Shown: positions 36,661-39,401 of the stretch, piece by piece
Layout of the letters: each line of letters opens with the position of its first letter
Numbering within the stretch: position 1 is the first letter of the stretch
Assembly: GCA_041572575.1 (NCBI GenBank)
Contig: JBFFSH010000021.1
Location: 1 to 39,401, forward strand
Direction: 5' to 3'
Source: Thermodesulfobacteriota bacterium
GTDB taxonomy: Bacteria > Desulfobacterota_D > UBA1144 > Nemesobacterales > N074bin48
Length of the DNA stretch: 39,401 bases
Notes under the pieces: generated by a model
What the model saw: only the letters and a program-made list of their open reading frames with translations
Database searches by the model: none
What the model was told of the DNA's origin: nothing
Position numbers and translations under genes: made by a program

Positions 36661-37392
36661 ATGAAAGACAATAAATACAAATCCTCAATCCCCAAAGGCT
36701 GTATCGAACGAGATATTATTGATAAAAAGCCTGATCTTAAAGACCTGCCAGAGCATGTTGCTTATATAGCATCCTGTAGTCAAAAAGCTCTCATATATAA
36801 AGGAGAAATGGTCGGAATCAGGGTTTACAGCGGGGATAAAGTACTTTTGAGAGAAACGCCGCTTAAAGTAGGAAAGAAACACGGCACCGAATATACATTT
36901 TATGATTCAGGGCAGCTTGAACTGGCAGAGCCTTATGCAGACGGAGAAATTCACGGTACGGCATATCAATATTCTGAGACCGGAAGGCTTATGGGTACCT
37001 ACAAAATGGAGCACGGCACGGGTTATGATATTTGGAGGCACGTGAGCATGGAGGAGGACGCTTCACCGGATGATTTTTATGTATCCGAAGTTCATAGCAT
37101 GAAAGACGGGCTTCCGCATGGGTATGAATGGTGGCTCAACGAGGATAAGACAATTTATGTAGAAATATGTTCTTATATGGGCAAGTATCACGGAATTACG
37201 AGGGAATGGAATTTTAATGGGAAGCTTCGCAGGGGTTACCCCAAATATTATGTTCATAACAAAAAGGTAGATAAAAGTATTTATATAAAAGCCTATAAAA
37301 CAGACAGTTCACTTCCTGAGTTTAAAAAAGAAGACAACCTTCCAATTAGAAATTTCCCACCCGAGATTAAAAAGATATTAATAACAAAATAA
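36661..37392 (+). CDS. MORN-variant repeat protein (YwqK-like)
   Basis: Repeats 'GKKHGTEYTFYDSGQL', 'GEIHGTAYQYSETGRL', 'GLPHGYEWW', 'GKYHGITREWNFNGKL'. Confidence 0.7.
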   Translation: MKDNKYKSSIPKGCIERDIIDKKPDLKDLPEHVAYIASCSQKALIYKGEMVGIRVYSGDKVLLRETPLKVGKKHGTEYTFYDSGQLELAEPYADGEIHGTAYQYSETGRLMGTYKMEHGTGYDIWRHVSMEEDASPDDFYVSEVHSMKDGLPHGYEWWLNEDKTIYVEICSYMGKYHGITREWNFNGKLRRGYPKYYVHNKKVDKSIYIKAYKTDSSLPEFKKEDNLPIRNFPPEIKKILITK

Positions 37393-37472
37393 AAGCAATC
37401 AGACACTCGCATAATATTTAATCCATAGTATTATTGTAAGCTTCAAAATTAAAAGCTTTAAAGAGGAAACTA

Positions 37473-37907
37473 ATGTCACAACAAGAACTCGATGAATATA
37501 ACGAAAACATAAATAAATATTTTGAAGATAATACGGACAGGATTGCGTGTGTGCTGGCTTATTCTGTTCCCGGGCGTTTTAAGCCTATGGTGATTACATA
37601 TCACAAGATGTTCAATGATGAGATTGTAAGAAAGTATAATGCCCATGTGTACTTTGCAAATGGTCTTGCCGGAAATGAGGATCTGCTTATCACATATTTC
37701 ATTATGGCAAAAGATGAACACAAAGATGACCCGCAGGCAGTAAACGCAGACTGTAAGATGTATGTAAACAAATTTGCCGATTATAATAAAGAGGTCACGG
37801 GTGCAGTTGCTGCAAACTTTTATGATGTGGGATCAAAGGAAAAAATAGAAGAGTTCAGGCAGGGTGAAAAGGAAAGTCTCACAGACATTGCATTTTTTAG
37901 AGCCTGA
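37473..37907 (+). CDS. Hypothetical protein
   Basis: 144-aa ORF with AAGAGG RBS; no recognisable family. Confidence 0.7.
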   Translation: MSQQELDEYNENINKYFEDNTDRIACVLAYSVPGRFKPMVITYHKMFNDEIVRKYNAHVYFANGLAGNEDLLITYFIMAKDEHKDDPQAVNADCKMYVNKFADYNKEVTGAVAANFYDVGSKEKIEEFRQGEKESLTDIAFFRA

Positions 37908-38122
37908 TACTGCCAAAATTGCACCCGGTGAGTTATTTAACTAATATCCACTAATGTAGTAAAAAAGATTATTTGTTATTGACATAAAGTTCAAATAGTG
38001 CAAACTTTTATTAGTTGTTGCAGTAGTTCTGTCTGATTAAAGATTTACTCTTTAAAGTAGTATCTGTAATTAGCTTTGAACCACTAGCATTAACCAGTTT
38101 AATTTATGGAGGTTACCTGGAC

Positions 38123-38332
38123 ATGTCAGAGCGTGTAATTGGCACTGTAAAGTGGTTCAATTCTACCAAGGGTTTTGGTTTTATTGAGCGCGAAAACGAC
38201 AAAGACGTTTTTGTTCACTACAGCGAGATCAGCGGCGACGGCTATCGTTCTTTAGAAGAAGGCCAGAAAGTTGAGTTCACAGTAGTAGACGGACAAAAAG
38301 GTCCACAAGCACAGAACGTAGTAGCTGCTTAG
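38123..38332 (+). CDS. Cold-shock protein (CSD)
   Basis: GTVKWFN..KGFGFI, DVFVHYS, GQKGPQA.NV; GGAGG RBS. Confidence 0.96.
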   Translation: MSERVIGTVKWFNSTKGFGFIERENDKDVFVHYSEISGDGYRSLEEGQKVEFTVVDGQKGPQAQNVVAA

Positions 38333-38345
38333 TGTATAAAAATTA

Positions 38346-38380
38346 AAGTGCGTCGATATATTTCGGCGCACTTCCTTTCT
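38346..38380 (+). terminator. Rho-independent terminator after the csp gene
   Basis: AAGTGCGTCGA-TATATT-TCGGCGCACTT followed by CCTTTCT. Confidence 0.75.
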
Positions 38381-38501
38381 CAATTCTTTCTTAATTTTAT
38401 TTACTCTTTAAGATTCAGGTTTTTTATATTATCATTCCATCTATAACTCTATTTTCAGATTGATATATATCGGCTGATACAGGCAGGAGGATTATATTAT
38501 T

Positions 38502-39053
38502 TTGAAAAATTCTAATCTAACTACCAAACAACGGGCAATGGTAGAGATGTGGGACAAACACACAGCTGCCGAGTTTGAAAATAAGAGCATAGAGGCCACG
38601 ATGGATACCATGTCAGCTGACCCCTTTGTAAACCATGTACCCGTGATGACAGGTGGAGTGGGCACAGATCAGGTTCGCCATTTCTACAGCACTTACTTCA
38701 TTCCTGGTCATCCACCCGATACCGAGGTTACTCCGGTTGCCCGCACTGTGGGTGAGGACAGATTAGTGGATGAGCTTATTCATAAATTTACACACACAGT
38801 AGAGATGCCGTGGATACTCCCGGGCGTTGCACCTACAGGAAAACTTGTAGAATTTGCGGTAATAGTGGTTGTGCTATTTGAAGACGGAAAGATTTCAGGC
38901 GAAAGAATATACTGGGATCAGGCCTCGGTACTTGCACAGGTTGGGCTAATAGATTCTAATAAACTACCCGTTGCAGGAGCAGAGGCTTCTCGTAAAGTTC
39001 TTGACCCGAATTCGGAGTCGTCAAATGTTTTGATTGAAAGGGTCAATAAGTAG
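38502..39053 (+). CDS. SnoaL-like/ester cyclase (NTF2-fold) protein
   Basis: WDKHT..EF, P.VNHVP.MTGG.G, RTVG.DRLVDE, W.LPGVAPTG, ERIYWDQASVL. Confidence 0.88.
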   Translation: MKNSNLTTKQRAMVEMWDKHTAAEFENKSIEATMDTMSADPFVNHVPVMTGGVGTDQVRHFYSTYFIPGHPPDTEVTPVARTVGEDRLVDELIHKFTHTVEMPWILPGVAPTGKLVEFAVIVVVLFEDGKISGERIYWDQASVLAQVGLIDSNKLPVAGAEASRKVLDPNSESSNVLIERVNK

Positions 39054-39092
39054 TTAATTAAAAATTGGTAAAATTTTCTGTAAAGTTTTTGA

Positions 39093-39401
39093 CTAGTATT
39101 CTAAATAGTAAAAGTAGTATATGTTGTCGAGGAATTGCAGTACTTTTAGATATGGTGAGGTTTCTGAATATATTATAATATTATCATCGCCTCTTTTTTC
39201 AATTTTATATATATCAGAAAGTAGGATATTGTTGTTTTCACCTTTAATAAAATCTTCAGTTATTTTCCGGGTTTTAAACCTGTATTGCTTTTTATCTTTA
39301 GTAGTTACTTCCACATAATCCCCAGCCTTAATTTCCATTTGTTTACTGATATCTTCTACATACAAAACTCTGTATTTAGGTCCGCATGACACAGAAAAAA
39401 A
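39093..39401 (-). CDS. Probable lipoprotein, 5'-partial
   Basis: Frame is open to the window end (F-S-V-S-C-G-P-K), consistent with a lipobox cysteine. Confidence 0.55.
   Translation of the reverse strand, partial: FFSVSCGPKYRVLYVEDISKQMEIKAGDYVEVTTKDKKQYRFKTRKITEDFIKGENNNILLSDIYKIEKRGDDNIIIYSETSPYLKVLQFLDNIYYFYYLEY

Noticed and set aside
1..39401. tRNA/rRNA genes or known riboswitches
   Set aside because: None recognised by eye in the intergenic regions; tRNAscan/Rfam not run.

Overview
AT-rich bacterial chromosomal segment containing the replication origin. Gene style suggests a Desulfobacterota/Ca. Dadabacteria-like lineage (inference only). From left to right: an IS3-family element inserted into a BsuBI/PstI-family restriction endonuclease whose methyltransferase is intact; a Dph6-like ATPase; glcD-glcE-DUF3891-glcF; a TetR gene bracketed by two copies of one palindrome; a TMTC-like glycosyltransferase and a UbiA prenyltransferase; dnaA-oriC-dnaN with a B. 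subtilis-type DnaA-box/DnaA-trio unwinding module; comF-gspLMN; pheA-hisC-tyrA; a DsbA-family protein; an SLT-SPOR transglycosylase; ETF-QO; pabB-pabC; mnmE flanked by two parS sites and a second DnaA-box cluster; radC; a GH18 chitinase; mepA; and small accessory genes. The most unusual element is the 1.15 kb ORF-free region 34571-35722. It holds an array of ~60-nt inverted-repeat units with 8-bp-periodic arms that change in a compensatory way, a conserved 27-28 nt core, and a flanking motif that recurs (20/23 identical) at the DnaA-box/parS locus. All calls were made by eye from sequence and motifs; no searches were run.
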